A DNA stretch of 63,827 nt from a virus. Lineage: Duplodnaviria; Caudoviricetes. Below, piece after piece: positions 38,998 to 49,394 of the stretch. The stretch is taken from IMG/VR virus record IMGVR_UViG_3300033153_004497, positions 1 through 63,827 of that record; one strand, given 5' to 3'. Made by a program: the position numbers and the translations under genes. Below the pieces are notes generated by a model, which was given only the letters and a program-made list of their open reading frames with translations, did no database searches and had not been told where the DNA came from. Numbering within the stretch: position 1 is the first letter of the stretch; every line of letters begins with the position of its first letter.

Positions 38998-39425
38998 TAC
39001 TTTATCTTCCAGACAAAACCAACACCGTAACCCGTGTGGCTATTTGATCGAGTGCCAGAGAATTTAATTAGAACATCGTACTTGGGAATTAATTTGGCAG
39101 CACCCATAGCCCATGCTTCTTGCCCACCATATCCACCCATAGCCGCACCAACTTGCCATTGAGTAGTAGAAGAACTGAAGTCCAGATTTGACATAGCAAA
39201 ACTTGAGGCTATACCTGTATAAAGATTTGATGAGTCGATTCCATTAGAACCATCAAGACCATTGACACCATTAAGACCAACGACACCATTAGTCCCATCA
39301 ATACCATCAACCCCATCAATGCCATCCTTTCCATCTTTACCATCTTCCCCATCATGATGACCTCCATTAGCGTGTCCATGAGTCCAAATAGTAACTAGAA
39401 TCAAGATCGTAAATAGTATTCTCAT
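38997..39425 (-). CDS. Mini trimeric autotransporter-like protein (signal, collagen repeat, YadA anchor)
   Basis: Signal peptide; about 13 Gly-X-Y triplets; GIASSFAM...GAAMGGYGGQEAWAMG...GYGVGFVW. Confidence 0.7.
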   Translation of the reverse strand: MRILFTILILVTIWTHGHANGGHHDGEDGKDGKDGIDGVDGIDGTNGVVGLNGVNGLDGSNGIDSSNLYTGIASSFAMSNLDFSSSTTQWQVGAAMGGYGGQEAWAMGAAKLIPKYDVLIKFSGTRSNSHTGYGVGFVWKIK

Positions 39426-39467
39426 TTCAAACTCCTAATCAAATATTTAAAGTCTCATCTCAGTAAA

Positions 39468-40835
39468 TTATCTCGCATCATCCCAAGCAGAGTAGCCTGT
39501 AGGCAATCCCAAAGTAAATTCACCTGCTGCTGATCGTATCGCTAATCTCTCAAGTCCCGAACTACCAATATGAGTAGCCTGTAAATGCCAATGCGCCTGT
39601 ACATCTATAGGGGCTTTGGTCTTCAGCGAATTAGCACCAGTGCCGGGGTCTCCTGCCCCACCATCACCTAACCAGATTGAACTATCACCCATCCACCAAT
39701 CACCAGTGTCCCAATCTATAGCAACCCTGAAAACTGCTCCCGTTGAACGAGCACCTAAAGTTCCGGTAAGTCCTGTGATGTTAGTTCCAAGTCCGTCTTT
39801 AAGAGCACCCTCATGTCTATAACCAAAGTCAGAAGAGTCTGCTAGTACACGACCCACAGGGCCACTATCAAGGCAATTTTTAATAACAAATACCCCGGTG
39901 TTGCCTTGACCACCAGATACAAATACTATTTCGAAATAGACTTTCCCGTTTCTGGGTATTGCACCTGATCTAATACCAGTATCATTTGTAAAATCACCGT
40001 TGTTACATTGCTTCGCAGCAGTCGCTGGTTCAATAGCGGAATTACGAGAATCCAAGATGAACCATCGGGGTTCTGTCAACATATCGTGACCAGACAAAGC
40101 AGTGAAAGCAAATAATTTCCTTACTTCCAACAAATCTAATTCCCCGCCATTATCCATGAAGTAAGCAGCACCGAAATCTGCCCCAGATCGAATAGCAGCA
40201 GTTTCCGCACTTGCTCCATTGAAGGCAGGTTTTTCAAAGTTCACCAGATACCCACCATTGGTTCCACTAGCTACAGGCATTCCATCAATCACTACAATAT
40301 AATTATTCCTGTTTCCTACTTCATGGGCTTCAATCAATTGATGGGGTAAATTATCCCCGTACATATCCACTTCAGATTCCCAATACAAAACAGGCGAACC
40401 CGTATTGTCTCGACAGCTTGGAAAATTAAGAATTCCATCATTCGACCCAATAGATAATTCCACAGCAGCATTTGTCCCTATCAACACAACTTCACTGTGT
40501 CCCAAAGCAGGTTGCCTAAACCAGACTTCCATAACATAAGTAGTAACAGGTAATGCCACCGCACCATAATCTAAAAAGTTAGCCGCAGCATTACCCATGT
40601 TTACGGAATCAACAGAAGCACTAAGCAATTGAAGTCCTGAAAAAGTGGCTGTTCCACCTATGGTTAAATCTACTATGCCTTCTTCATCATCATCATAAGT
40701 GGATGCACCACCTTCAAATAAATACCGATGTTCAAATGCGATACCCAAACTAGTTAATAAATTATCTCTCTGAGTTGGAGGTGGGTTTTCAATAATATAT
40801 CTCCCCGCTGCTGCTTGTGCCAATAATCTAGGCAT
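39468..40835 (-). CDS. Receptor-binding candidate with LamG-like and SPRY-like domains
   Basis: MEVWFR..HQLI..IDG; GKVYFEI...VAIDWDTG.WW.G...PTGYSAW. Confidence 0.6.
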   Translation of the reverse strand: MPRLLAQAAAGRYIIENPPPTQRDNLLTSLGIAFEHRYLFEGGASTYDDDEEGIVDLTIGGTATFSGLQLLSASVDSVNMGNAAANFLDYGAVALPVTTYVMEVWFRQPALGHSEVVLIGTNAAVELSIGSNDGILNFPSCRDNTGSPVLYWESEVDMYGDNLPHQLIEAHEVGNRNNYIVVIDGMPVASGTNGGYLVNFEKPAFNGASAETAAIRSGADFGAAYFMDNGGELDLLEVRKLFAFTALSGHDMLTEPRWFILDSRNSAIEPATAAKQCNNGDFTNDTGIRSGAIPRNGKVYFEIVFVSGGQGNTGVFVIKNCLDSGPVGRVLADSSDFGYRHEGALKDGLGTNITGLTGTLGARSTGAVFRVAIDWDTGDWWMGDSSIWLGDGGAGDPGTGANSLKTKAPIDVQAHWHLQATHIGSSGLERLAIRSAAGEFTLGLPTGYSAWDDAR

Positions 40836-41511
40836 AGAGTTGACCCACTATATTGATTTCAATAGTTCCTGTTTCATCGATAACGAATAGCCAACGATCA
40901 CGCTCACCTATTCCTGAACTTGGAACAGGGGGAGTGCCATTCACAGAAATTCCACCCGCAGGAAGTGTCAGTACATGACCACCCACACCATCCTGAATTA
41001 TCTTAACTGATACCTCAGTTTGAACCGCAGCAGGAATATTTGAAAACGCTAAAGTGGCTGCACCTGTCAAAGTAGCTGTGTAGTTTCTGACTCCACTACT
41101 CAAATCCATAGTCAGGGTTCCACTGCCTGCCAGAGTTGTAACTGCATCACTGAGATTTGCGGGGGTATCTAGGATTGTCCAAGCAGTACCATTCCAATAA
41201 TAAACATTCAGTTCATCCTGAACGAAAGCTTGCCAACCTAATTTTGGAACATGGAACTCCCAAACCGATTCAATGAACACGGCAATTTCTGTATCATGGG
41301 TTGCCCAATCTGCACCCGTTGCACCCGCAGGAAGTATGTACCTGTCTCCGTTTGTTGGAACTCCCGGTTGAGCAACAAGGTCTTTATCAATGACACCCAA
41401 ATTCATAGTGGCATCAATCAATTTCAGTGTCGCATCGTTCCCCGTTTTCCAGAACTCACCTAAGTCCCAATCGTAATTTATGCCCTCATTCGGGCCAATC
41501 TTAAATGGCAT
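40828..41511 (-). CDS. DUF2793 tail protein
   Basis: P..GDRYIL..GATG.W......IA.....W.F..PK.GW...V.DE. Confidence 0.8.
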   Translation of the reverse strand: MPFKIGPNEGINYDWDLGEFWKTGNDATLKLIDATMNLGVIDKDLVAQPGVPTNGDRYILPAGATGADWATHDTEIAVFIESVWEFHVPKLGWQAFVQDELNVYYWNGTAWTILDTPANLSDAVTTLAGSGTLTMDLSSGVRNYTATLTGAATLAFSNIPAAVQTEVSVKIIQDGVGGHVLTLPAGGISVNGTPPVPSSGIGERDRWLFVIDETGTIEINIVGQLYA

Positions 41512-43799
41512 TATACAAACCCTCCGTAAAATTCACCGTAACTGTAACCGTAATCTGCTCTCTTAAAAAGATAGTTATGGAACTGGTGGGAAACTAATCC
41601 ACTAATAACAGATTCAATTTCCAATCTAAAAAAACTATTCACCCTGCCAACAGGGAATAAACTGTCTGCTGTTTCATCAACCCAAGTATAAGAAGTTATG
41701 GTTATACCGATTTCAGTTCTGACCAAAGTATCAGTCTCATCATAAAATCTAATTGTATAAGTCGTTCCAATTTCAGGGCCAATGTCACCGAAAACCTGTG
41801 GTACATGTTCACTAGCTGTTTGCTGAGTCCTATCCCTGTGTTCCCACGTAATATCCATATCACCCAATGTCATACCCTGTGGTTGATAAGCAGGTAAACC
41901 CTCCAATTGAATATTTGCGGGGGGATAAGGTTTATCTTTTCTGGCTTCTATGGTGTGGTTTAAAGTAGTGGCATCAAGTAAATCTAAAGTTCCCTGTCCT
42001 GTCTGCCCCAATAATTTGACATCCAGAATTTCCCCAAATGCAAATTGAGTGACACCAAAAGCAACGTCCGTTTGATTCGCAAATAATCTAGCTCCGATTA
42101 AATGGGGGGCAGGAACGGTATCAACCACACCCCGATTTACTTTCATAGTGTTGGTTGCTGTGTCGTGTTCAAACACTTCCATAAATTCATTGTCAATTTG
42201 AATGAAAGTAAACAACGGCATAAACTCTATTTGCCCAGATTCCCCTTCATAAACAAAAGTAGTGACTACCCCTAATTCCATAGCAGCAACTAATGTTGCC
42301 GTTGGTGCATAGAGTCCAACTGCTTCTTCTGTATAAGGTATTGTTACTTCATCAAAAGAAACCTGCAATTGATAATTATAATGATCAGAAGTAGGTTTGG
42401 CAGCAGTAGATTTCAGGAAAGCATTATCAACTGCAACATTAGCTGCATCATCTTCCCCCAACTGCTGAACCATATCATAGTAAGTTGCGTCTTCAAGGAA
42501 CTGAAAAATTGCATCAAGTGGTACACTACTAGGTTCAACCCACCCTGAAACCTGTGGTGCAGCATAAGACGCAGACGGAAGACCAAATATATCTTCAATC
42601 GCATCTATATTTATATGACCATCTTTCAGGTTTCCGAAGTCAATAGCACCCACCCGAAAGACCACATCAACAATTCCGAAAGCAACCCAAGATAATCTGA
42701 ATACATCTCCCGGTGCTATATCCCACGCATCTCTATTGACCCGCATTTTTACTGAAGCCAATGGATAAGATAAAGTTCTAAGATCACGAAGAGCAACCAA
42801 GTTTGCATTTATAGCGTTTGAAATACCGGGGTATTGTCTGGTGGTATTTATGGTAGTTCCCTGAACTTGGATGTTTGCCATATCCTGAACTGTCACAGGA
42901 ACACTTTTATCAGTATCATTATCACGATACACAACAGTCAATTCATTAACGGTCTCTCCCCAACCCCTACGGGAAAAGTTTTTCATATCAACAATGTTGG
43001 ATTCATCGTAAACAGGTAAACTTGCAAAAACATAATCATTCCGAATCAACTTCAAGACAAATAAACCTGTAGCCAAATCTAGGTAAAGGGAACCATTTAT
43101 GTGTCTAAGAATGTCATCAACGAAACCTTCAATTGGTTGGCTTCCTGTCCATATCATTGATAGTCCAAGTCCTTCATTAAATAAAGTATCTCCCGCAGCA
43201 GTGAAAGAAATAGCATCCATTTCAGCAACCGAATAACCCATACCCCAATCCACGTTAGTCAGTAATTCGTGAAGCATATTCGCGCCGTTTGCATCAGTCC
43301 CGATTTTATTTTTGGGGGCATTACCCAGAGTGTCAGGGTATCGGGCAACTCGGAAGTCCCAATCTTTAAGGTAGGGATTATTACCTACATAGAACCCCTG
43401 AAAAATAAAACCTAATACCCCACGGTAGGCAGGTATACGTTGTGGGTTTAAGGAATCAATTTTATTCTGAAGATAAGCGTTGGGTACTTGTGTGTTTTCT
43501 CCCATTGCAACATAGACATCGCCCCCCGCTAATACACCTGAAACCACCTGAGCAATACCACCAACGATTCCTGTACTTCCTCCAACTTGAGAACCACCAA
43601 CACCACCTTCCCTGTCCTTTCCTCCAAACAAATCAGGTTTATTAATTAATACAAACTGAGAAGATTGTATTGACGCATTCAAAGCCACTCGTTCACCACA
43701 ACGAATTTGGGAAACCTCATCAACAGGGCCATAGCAACAAATAAAGTGCATTCCCACAAAATATTTGTAACCAATTATGCCACCACTCTTACCTCCCAT
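41511..43799 (-). CDS. Central tail tip/hub protein
   Basis: GYKY..GMH...GPVD, PAYRG, NNPYLK.W, WGMG; typical of D3112/YuA-like siphophage tails. Confidence 0.8.
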   Translation of the reverse strand: MGGKSGGIIGYKYFVGMHFICCYGPVDEVSQIRCGERVALNASIQSSQFVLINKPDLFGGKDREGGVGGSQVGGSTGIVGGIAQVVSGVLAGGDVYVAMGENTQVPNAYLQNKIDSLNPQRIPAYRGVLGFIFQGFYVGNNPYLKDWDFRVARYPDTLGNAPKNKIGTDANGANMLHELLTNVDWGMGYSVAEMDAISFTAAGDTLFNEGLGLSMIWTGSQPIEGFVDDILRHINGSLYLDLATGLFVLKLIRNDYVFASLPVYDESNIVDMKNFSRRGWGETVNELTVVYRDNDTDKSVPVTVQDMANIQVQGTTINTTRQYPGISNAINANLVALRDLRTLSYPLASVKMRVNRDAWDIAPGDVFRLSWVAFGIVDVVFRVGAIDFGNLKDGHINIDAIEDIFGLPSASYAAPQVSGWVEPSSVPLDAIFQFLEDATYYDMVQQLGEDDAANVAVDNAFLKSTAAKPTSDHYNYQLQVSFDEVTIPYTEEAVGLYAPTATLVAAMELGVVTTFVYEGESGQIEFMPLFTFIQIDNEFMEVFEHDTATNTMKVNRGVVDTVPAPHLIGARLFANQTDVAFGVTQFAFGEILDVKLLGQTGQGTLDLLDATTLNHTIEARKDKPYPPANIQLEGLPAYQPQGMTLGDMDITWEHRDRTQQTASEHVPQVFGDIGPEIGTTYTIRFYDETDTLVRTEIGITITSYTWVDETADSLFPVGRVNSFFRLEIESVISGLVSHQFHNYLFKRADYGYSYGEFYGGFV

Positions 43800-44222
43800 T
43801 AGCTTCCTCTCTTGCTTTGGCAGCAACCTTTATACCAAAGGCATCACCAACAGCTTCCAATTCTTCTACAGGAACTTCATTACGAATCAATTTTTTAAAG
43901 TCCACTTCATAGCGGGTACACCAACGTCTTACGCCGAAGACGCAAAGCTTCAATAATCGGGCATGTTTCAAACCTGCATACACTTGCATTATTTCTTTCC
44001 TCCCTGATCACTTTTAATTGCAACAGTACTTAAATCCCCATACCAAACAACATTCGGGCCTTTGATTCTTACCTTTCCAAACACCACGGGAATAACCCTG
44101 TCTTCGTCAGCAGTAGGTACTTCTAAATCCCCCAAAGAAGGCTTCTTTGGTTCCTCCGGTTTCGGGGCAAGCATAGCACTGACTATTGCCGAAACTACTA
44201 ACAAAATTAACTGCACCCACAT
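43789..44222 (-). CDS. Two small tail assembly proteins (43789-43989 and 43989-44222)
   Basis: LC..G.R.W in the first; PTA.E...IPVVFG...GPNVVWYGD in the second. Confidence 0.7.
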
Positions 44223-44250
44223 TATTTGTTTCCTCTATTTGACCTTAATA

Positions 44251-45054
44251 TCAATAAATTACTGTACCACCGAAAGGATTTTTTCTAGGAACATATGGAA
44301 ACCCTCCGTAATTTAATACATTACTAAACTTCACATCACAATCGTCAAGATTGTGCTTACAGCCGGGAAAGCCCTCAACAAGACTTCCAACTTGAAGCCC
44401 CACAAACGGAGTGACTAGAGTTATATTACCTGCACCATCATCAGCTACCACAGATCGAAATTGATTACTTTCAAACACCAGATATCCACCATCAAAATTA
44501 CCTGCCACACCAACCCACTCAGGGGCAGAAACAACATTTAGGGCAAAGCTTGAAACCGTACCGATAACCTGAAACGCTAAATTATTCAAGGCACATTCTG
44601 CCCCATACAAAATATGTGGACATTGGGCTTGCATTTTTCTTCGTAGTCCCGGTCTTTTCAAACTGGTAAATATAGGTTCACAGGCAATTGAAGCCTCAGA
44701 CCCAGACCATTCAACGGTCAGTACCCTACCCTTCCAGACGGTAATAAATTCTTCAAGAAGATCATTTCCATGTTTTCTAAAAATCGTAAGGGTCATAATC
44801 TCAGTAGGGGGAAAAGCCACAAAATTATTTAGTATCGGCGCATCCCGTTGAATCTTTAACTTCAACTCTGCCCGTTCTATTTCTGTGTTCTGTTCAACAC
44901 TTGCCCGTTCTAATTGGGTGGGTAAATAAGTATTAGATTGAAAAACAACAGGCTCATTATGGGAAGTCAGATGGAAGGATTCTGATACCCCACGTTTGAA
45001 CTCATAAATTTCAATCGGATAACCGTGACCCGTTTCTTGTGCTGCAAAAGTCAT
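44251..45054 (-). CDS. BR0599-type tail protein
   Basis: CPHILYGAEC...PGCKH....C...F.N..NYGGFPYVP..NPF. Confidence 0.8.
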   Translation of the reverse strand: MTFAAQETGHGYPIEIYEFKRGVSESFHLTSHNEPVVFQSNTYLPTQLERASVEQNTEIERAELKLKIQRDAPILNNFVAFPPTEIMTLTIFRKHGNDLLEEFITVWKGRVLTVEWSGSEASIACEPIFTSLKRPGLRRKMQAQCPHILYGAECALNNLAFQVIGTVSSFALNVVSAPEWVGVAGNFDGGYLVFESNQFRSVVADDGAGNITLVTPFVGLQVGSLVEGFPGCKHNLDDCDVKFSNVLNYGGFPYVPRKNPFGGTVIY

Positions 45055-46730
45055 TCTGCTAGTACCCTAGTTGGGAATGAAACATGTGATATCTCTGTGC
45101 TGTCCCACGCAAATTCCATTGAGTCAGCATCTACCCTGCATGGATGTAAAAAGGAAATCAGTTTAAGGTTAGCTAATGTAATCGTGAAACCCGTGGGGGC
45201 ATCAATACCAAGTAGTTCTTCTCCGGGGGTTGTCGAAACCGCACTGGTTATTCTTCTATAAAATATTTCACCTGTATGTGCAAAGATCACTATATCTCTT
45301 TTGCCCAAAGCGAAATTATAAAAGTTTCTATACTCATAATCCTGAACAGTAATTGATCCATCAGTAGAGTCTATCCCTTTTAGTGGGATAAAATCCTTTG
45401 ACTGAGAAGCAAAATAAAATCTTGTGTGTTTCCCCGCACGGGAATGCATCCATTCTTTCCAGAACCAAATTTGTTCCCTACTCTCTTCTACAAATTCAAA
45501 TGAAGTTACAACATCTGGATAGCCAGAACGATCATCAACAAAGGGTACATCAATTCCAAAATCAACTAACCCATATTTAGATTGATATAGTAAAGACAGA
45601 TCAGTTACACGATTGGGGGTTTTCTCAAGTACAAAATCATCTCGGTAAGCAGTGGGGGAATCAACCGCAGGGATAATTTCATTATCCACAAAATCAAATT
45701 TTATGGATAGCAGATCAATGTCAGCAGTGGGTTGGGTAAGACTTTGATCTTCCACCATTCTACCTGCGAGAGCAGGATATATTCTTGAACCGATGGGCCA
45801 AGCTTGTAAGGTTGCTCTTGCTAACACCAAAGTAGTCGCGCCAATCGAAGCAATTTCAACAGCTTCAGTTGTTCGTTGATCTATAAAGAAAATTGCAATG
45901 CCCCCCACTTTAAAAGATGTGAAATCAGTGGTATCAATATCAATAACAAAATCCCCGATAGGGGTTAGTGTGGTAGTGCGAGCACAGTCAGTCCAAATTG
46001 GAACCGCAAATAATCTTGCCTTCCATGACCAAAGATAAAGTTCAAGCCAACGCTTATCATCTGAGTCAATTAAAATTCTGTACTCCAAACTTCTTCGGGG
46101 ATGGGTTCTCAGCCTGTTCCTATTTTCAGAACCATCATCCGCTTCAATTATCTGGGTTAAAAATTCATAGCGTTCAACTACAGCATCACTCCAATCTGGT
46201 GAAAACGCCCAAATAATTACCCGTTGTCCAGTGAGTATAAGGGTTCTACTTTCTGTATCGAATAACCACGTATAAACAACATCAATTGTTGGTGGGCCAG
46301 TTAATCCAATGTCCAAAGAATATTCCTTAGCTTCAAGAGCAGCATATAATGTGGGGGGAATCGCAGGTTCAGTCAGAATAATTCCCGATGTATCACCTTG
46401 AGCAATCAAACTAATATTATTGTTACTGGCAAAAAATGCATTCCATACTTCAAAGGTTCTAACCTGAGCACTAACAAGATTACCCAATTCTAAGACATTT
46501 GGAGTGACATGAACCCTGTTGTAAAAATCTTCAACAAATCCCGGACAAACTTGACCAACCTGCAAAGAGCCTTCTACATCTACTGGTCTGTTGTCAGTTA
46601 AATCCCCAAAGAAATCATCCGAATTAACAAAGATAGGTATAGGGAAAGCATCTTGCCCACTAAACAGAACAGGTTGCGTACCCTCAAAAGGATTTTTGAA
46701 GATCGGGGAAACATCTACAAAATCAACCAT
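45051..46730 (-). CDS. Virion tail structural protein
   Basis: DFYNRVHV.P..L.LGN, PDWS..V.E.YEFLT, PRR. Confidence 0.75.
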   Translation of the reverse strand: MVDFVDVSPIFKNPFEGTQPVLFSGQDAFPIPIFVNSDDFFGDLTDNRPVDVEGSLQVGQVCPGFVEDFYNRVHVTPNVLELGNLVSAQVRTFEVWNAFFASNNNISLIAQGDTSGIILTEPAIPPTLYAALEAKEYSLDIGLTGPPTIDVVYTWLFDTESRTLILTGQRVIIWAFSPDWSDAVVERYEFLTQIIEADDGSENRNRLRTHPRRSLEYRILIDSDDKRWLELYLWSWKARLFAVPIWTDCARTTTLTPIGDFVIDIDTTDFTSFKVGGIAIFFIDQRTTEAVEIASIGATTLVLARATLQAWPIGSRIYPALAGRMVEDQSLTQPTADIDLLSIKFDFVDNEIIPAVDSPTAYRDDFVLEKTPNRVTDLSLLYQSKYGLVDFGIDVPFVDDRSGYPDVVTSFEFVEESREQIWFWKEWMHSRAGKHTRFYFASQSKDFIPLKGIDSTDGSITVQDYEYRNFYNFALGKRDIVIFAHTGEIFYRRITSAVSTTPGEELLGIDAPTGFTITLANLKLISFLHPCRVDADSMEFAWDSTEISHVSFPTRVLAE

Positions 46731-47719
46731 TATGGAACCTTCAAATAGGCAAACGCCAACCAACCTGAATTTGGAAGCTCATCCCGCAGTGTGGGTTCTT
46801 TCTTTTGTACTATTGGAAATATCAACCAGTCATCTGCACCAAATGTAATCGTTGAAGACGGACTGACATTTTTTATATTAGCTACCCTAAGATCAAACGG
46901 TTTACCTACTGGTGCTCTCTGTGTCGCACTCCTAGAAATAAAACAAGGTATGGAAAAAAGGACAACTGTTGAATTAAATCTATTCGGTTGGGTAGTTCTG
47001 GGGAGACCAGAAGACCGAGCATCAAAATGATTCTCTAACCATTCTCCCTGTCCTGCATGTCTCATAGGGGGAGTCCATGCGGAAGTAGTATCTAATGCAG
47101 CAGTGGTTTTCCAATCAACACCATCAATATTAGCACGAAGAAATTGATTAGACCCTGTACCATTGCCTATCTTAGTCCAAGGATAAGCGTGTTGAAAGTT
47201 TGAGGGGTCATCTATTCTTGTAAAAAACTGATCAGGACGAGTACCTTGATTATATTGCCCACCATCAAAAGCCCCAATCTTATCTAGCAACCCTACATGA
47301 ATATGTCTGAACTCATTAGCAGTAACTTCCACGACTATATGCAAATACTCTTTAGTCGGGTCAGTGAAAAAATGATAGGCAACGAAATTAGGTAGCAACC
47401 AATTTGTTGTTACTTGCAGGGATGTTCCCGGCTGAGCATTGACAGCAAAAGCACCATTGTAACCAGTCGCTACATACTGTCGTAGAAAGGGGTGGTCTAG
47501 GTTTTGACTAGAACCATGATACACATTGGGGTGAGTGATATCCAAGACAGCCTCAAACACAGCGAAAGTAACACCCTTCGATAAAAACATTTGTGAGCTT
47601 GCACCATCTCCCGTTCCTGCTACAACTTTATTCTCCGTCCAACCATTTGCAACAGCAAAGACAGATAGCTTTGCAAGCAGATCATCAATATGAAGTGCCG
47701 TACCTGTTTGATAACTCAT
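46730..47719 (-). CDS. Virion tail structural protein
   Basis: MSYQTGTA..., HIVVEV...FRH...G.LDK, G.AY.KVP. Confidence 0.75.
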   Translation of the reverse strand: MSYQTGTALHIDDLLAKLSVFAVANGWTENKVVAGTGDGASSQMFLSKGVTFAVFEAVLDITHPNVYHGSSQNLDHPFLRQYVATGYNGAFAVNAQPGTSLQVTTNWLLPNFVAYHFFTDPTKEYLHIVVEVTANEFRHIHVGLLDKIGAFDGGQYNQGTRPDQFFTRIDDPSNFQHAYPWTKIGNGTGSNQFLRANIDGVDWKTTAALDTTSAWTPPMRHAGQGEWLENHFDARSSGLPRTTQPNRFNSTVVLFSIPCFISRSATQRAPVGKPFDLRVANIKNVSPSSTITFGADDWLIFPIVQKKEPTLRDELPNSGWLAFAYLKVP

Positions 47720-49386
47720 GTGTCTAACCTCAAAGCCATAAAATTCATAAACGCTAGTCGGTAAACATCCTGAAAAACAATGTAAGTATCAGGCCCGATC
47801 ACTAGCGTATTCTCTGATGTTTGATTAAAACCAGTAATATGAAACACACCATCCAGTTCACCATACGCATTTCCGTTTCTTCCTATCTCCCCACCATCAT
47901 TTTCAAACTCACATAGGATAAGCGGGGTCAATGGATAAGAACCATCGATAGCCGTAACAATTTTATCATTCATAAGTTCTGTCTGATTAGTAGAATTACC
48001 CGCATAAGGTGCAACCACCCTATCAATAGCTTGGAAATCTGGTGAACCCGGATTTGAAAAGTTTGTAAAAAATAACCACACCCCCGAAGGGTCACGAACC
48101 AACATTGCACTAGCCCCCGGATTACAGAACATCCTAAAACGATTATCTGCCAGAGTAAAATGGAATGGGTCTCCCGTTAAATTCTTCCCACTACCTGCAA
48201 TTACCAATGGAAATCCATACTCAGCAGGAGTGCCATAAGGCAAGTGAAAGCCCATCATCATTGATGTATAGACCGTGCCTATCTTGGTCACAACAGTAAA
48301 GTATCTGCCCGTGGCAACAATCCAATATGTAACAGTACCATCATCTAATACATAGTAAGCACCACCATTCTGAGGACTTCCCCCCGGTTGATTTTGAAAT
48401 GGCTCTGCATCATCAAATGCTATTGCTCCCTGCAATCTCCAATTAAAATATGGTTCAAATGGGTCTTCTAAAATTGCCATGCCCACAGGAATGACATCAG
48501 TAGCAGAAAGTCCTTGACCCGTAACAAGAAGATGACCTTCCGCTAAATAATTATCTAAATCCCCTGTTACCCGTGCTTCCAGATATGCCAGATCAACATC
48601 AACCCCACCATTATTAAGAGTGATATTCAAACGCCAATTGAAGTGTCTGCCGGGTGAAGTCAATGGAAAATTCTTTTCAACCCCACCAGTCCATTGCCCT
48701 GCAAGGATATCCACTTGGGTATCAGCTACAGTCCACGGGCCTGACAGATCATCAGACCATTCAAATGTCCAATTTCGCGGTTGATTGGTTGCAGTAAATG
48801 TCTGACCTTGAGCAGCCAAAGTGTACTGATCAAATTCAACAGCATCATCAAATTGCATTTGTGCTATAGCAGTAGTTTGTGCTGCCCTAACAGCAGAAAA
48901 TCCAGTATCACCCCTAGCATTAAAAACATTTAATGGAATATCAAAATTGGTTCCTGTCAGAACATCATTTGGGGCAGGAACCCACCTGTCTTGCGCCCAT
49001 TCTTGACTTACTGTAATCATTGCACCTTCAGTGATAACCACAGTGAACGCATCAGCTATTACAAAATCAATAGGCCCATCATTCAGCAGGAATTCAATCA
49101 GACCCCCCGCACCATCATAGAATTCCCCAACCGTTGCAGCAGCCTGAGCACCAGATGTGGAACCCGTAACAGAAAAGATACCGACACCCACACCACCCCC
49201 CAAAGTACAGGCTATAGTCCAAGTCTGAGCTAAAGAGGGGGGCGGGGAAGCAACATCACTTATGGTTCCATCACCAGTACCGACATATCCCGGAGCAGGA
49301 AAAGTCCCATAGCCTGTTATGAACTGGCGAACCTTGTTCATTAAATCTTTATGGTCATTGGCTATCAAGCCTTGTACGTTTGGCAT
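47716..49386 (-). CDS. Virion tail structural protein with an inserted discoidin-like domain
   Basis: PY.TP.EY..PL.IAGS, GELDGV...GF....EN; insert PRNWTFEWSDD..W...WRLNIT. Confidence 0.7.
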   Translation of the reverse strand: MPNVQGLIANDHKDLMNKVRQFITGYGTFPAPGYVGTGDGTISDVASPPPSLAQTWTIACTLGGGVGVGIFSVTGSTSGAQAAATVGEFYDGAGGLIEFLLNDGPIDFVIADAFTVVITEGAMITVSQEWAQDRWVPAPNDVLTGTNFDIPLNVFNARGDTGFSAVRAAQTTAIAQMQFDDAVEFDQYTLAAQGQTFTATNQPRNWTFEWSDDLSGPWTVADTQVDILAGQWTGGVEKNFPLTSPGRHFNWRLNITLNNGGVDVDLAYLEARVTGDLDNYLAEGHLLVTGQGLSATDVIPVGMAILEDPFEPYFNWRLQGAIAFDDAEPFQNQPGGSPQNGGAYYVLDDGTVTYWIVATGRYFTVVTKIGTVYTSMMMGFHLPYGTPAEYGFPLVIAGSGKNLTGDPFHFTLADNRFRMFCNPGASAMLVRDPSGVWLFFTNFSNPGSPDFQAIDRVVAPYAGNSTNQTELMNDKIVTAIDGSYPLTPLILCEFENDGGEIGRNGNAYGELDGVFHITGFNQTSENTLVIGPDTYIVFQDVYRLAFMNFMALRLDT

Positions 49387-49394
49387 GTCTTTTC

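Noticed and set aside
39468-40835. Diversity-generating retroelement acting on the receptor-binding gene
   Set aside because: No template/variable repeat pair and no reverse transcriptase were noticed.
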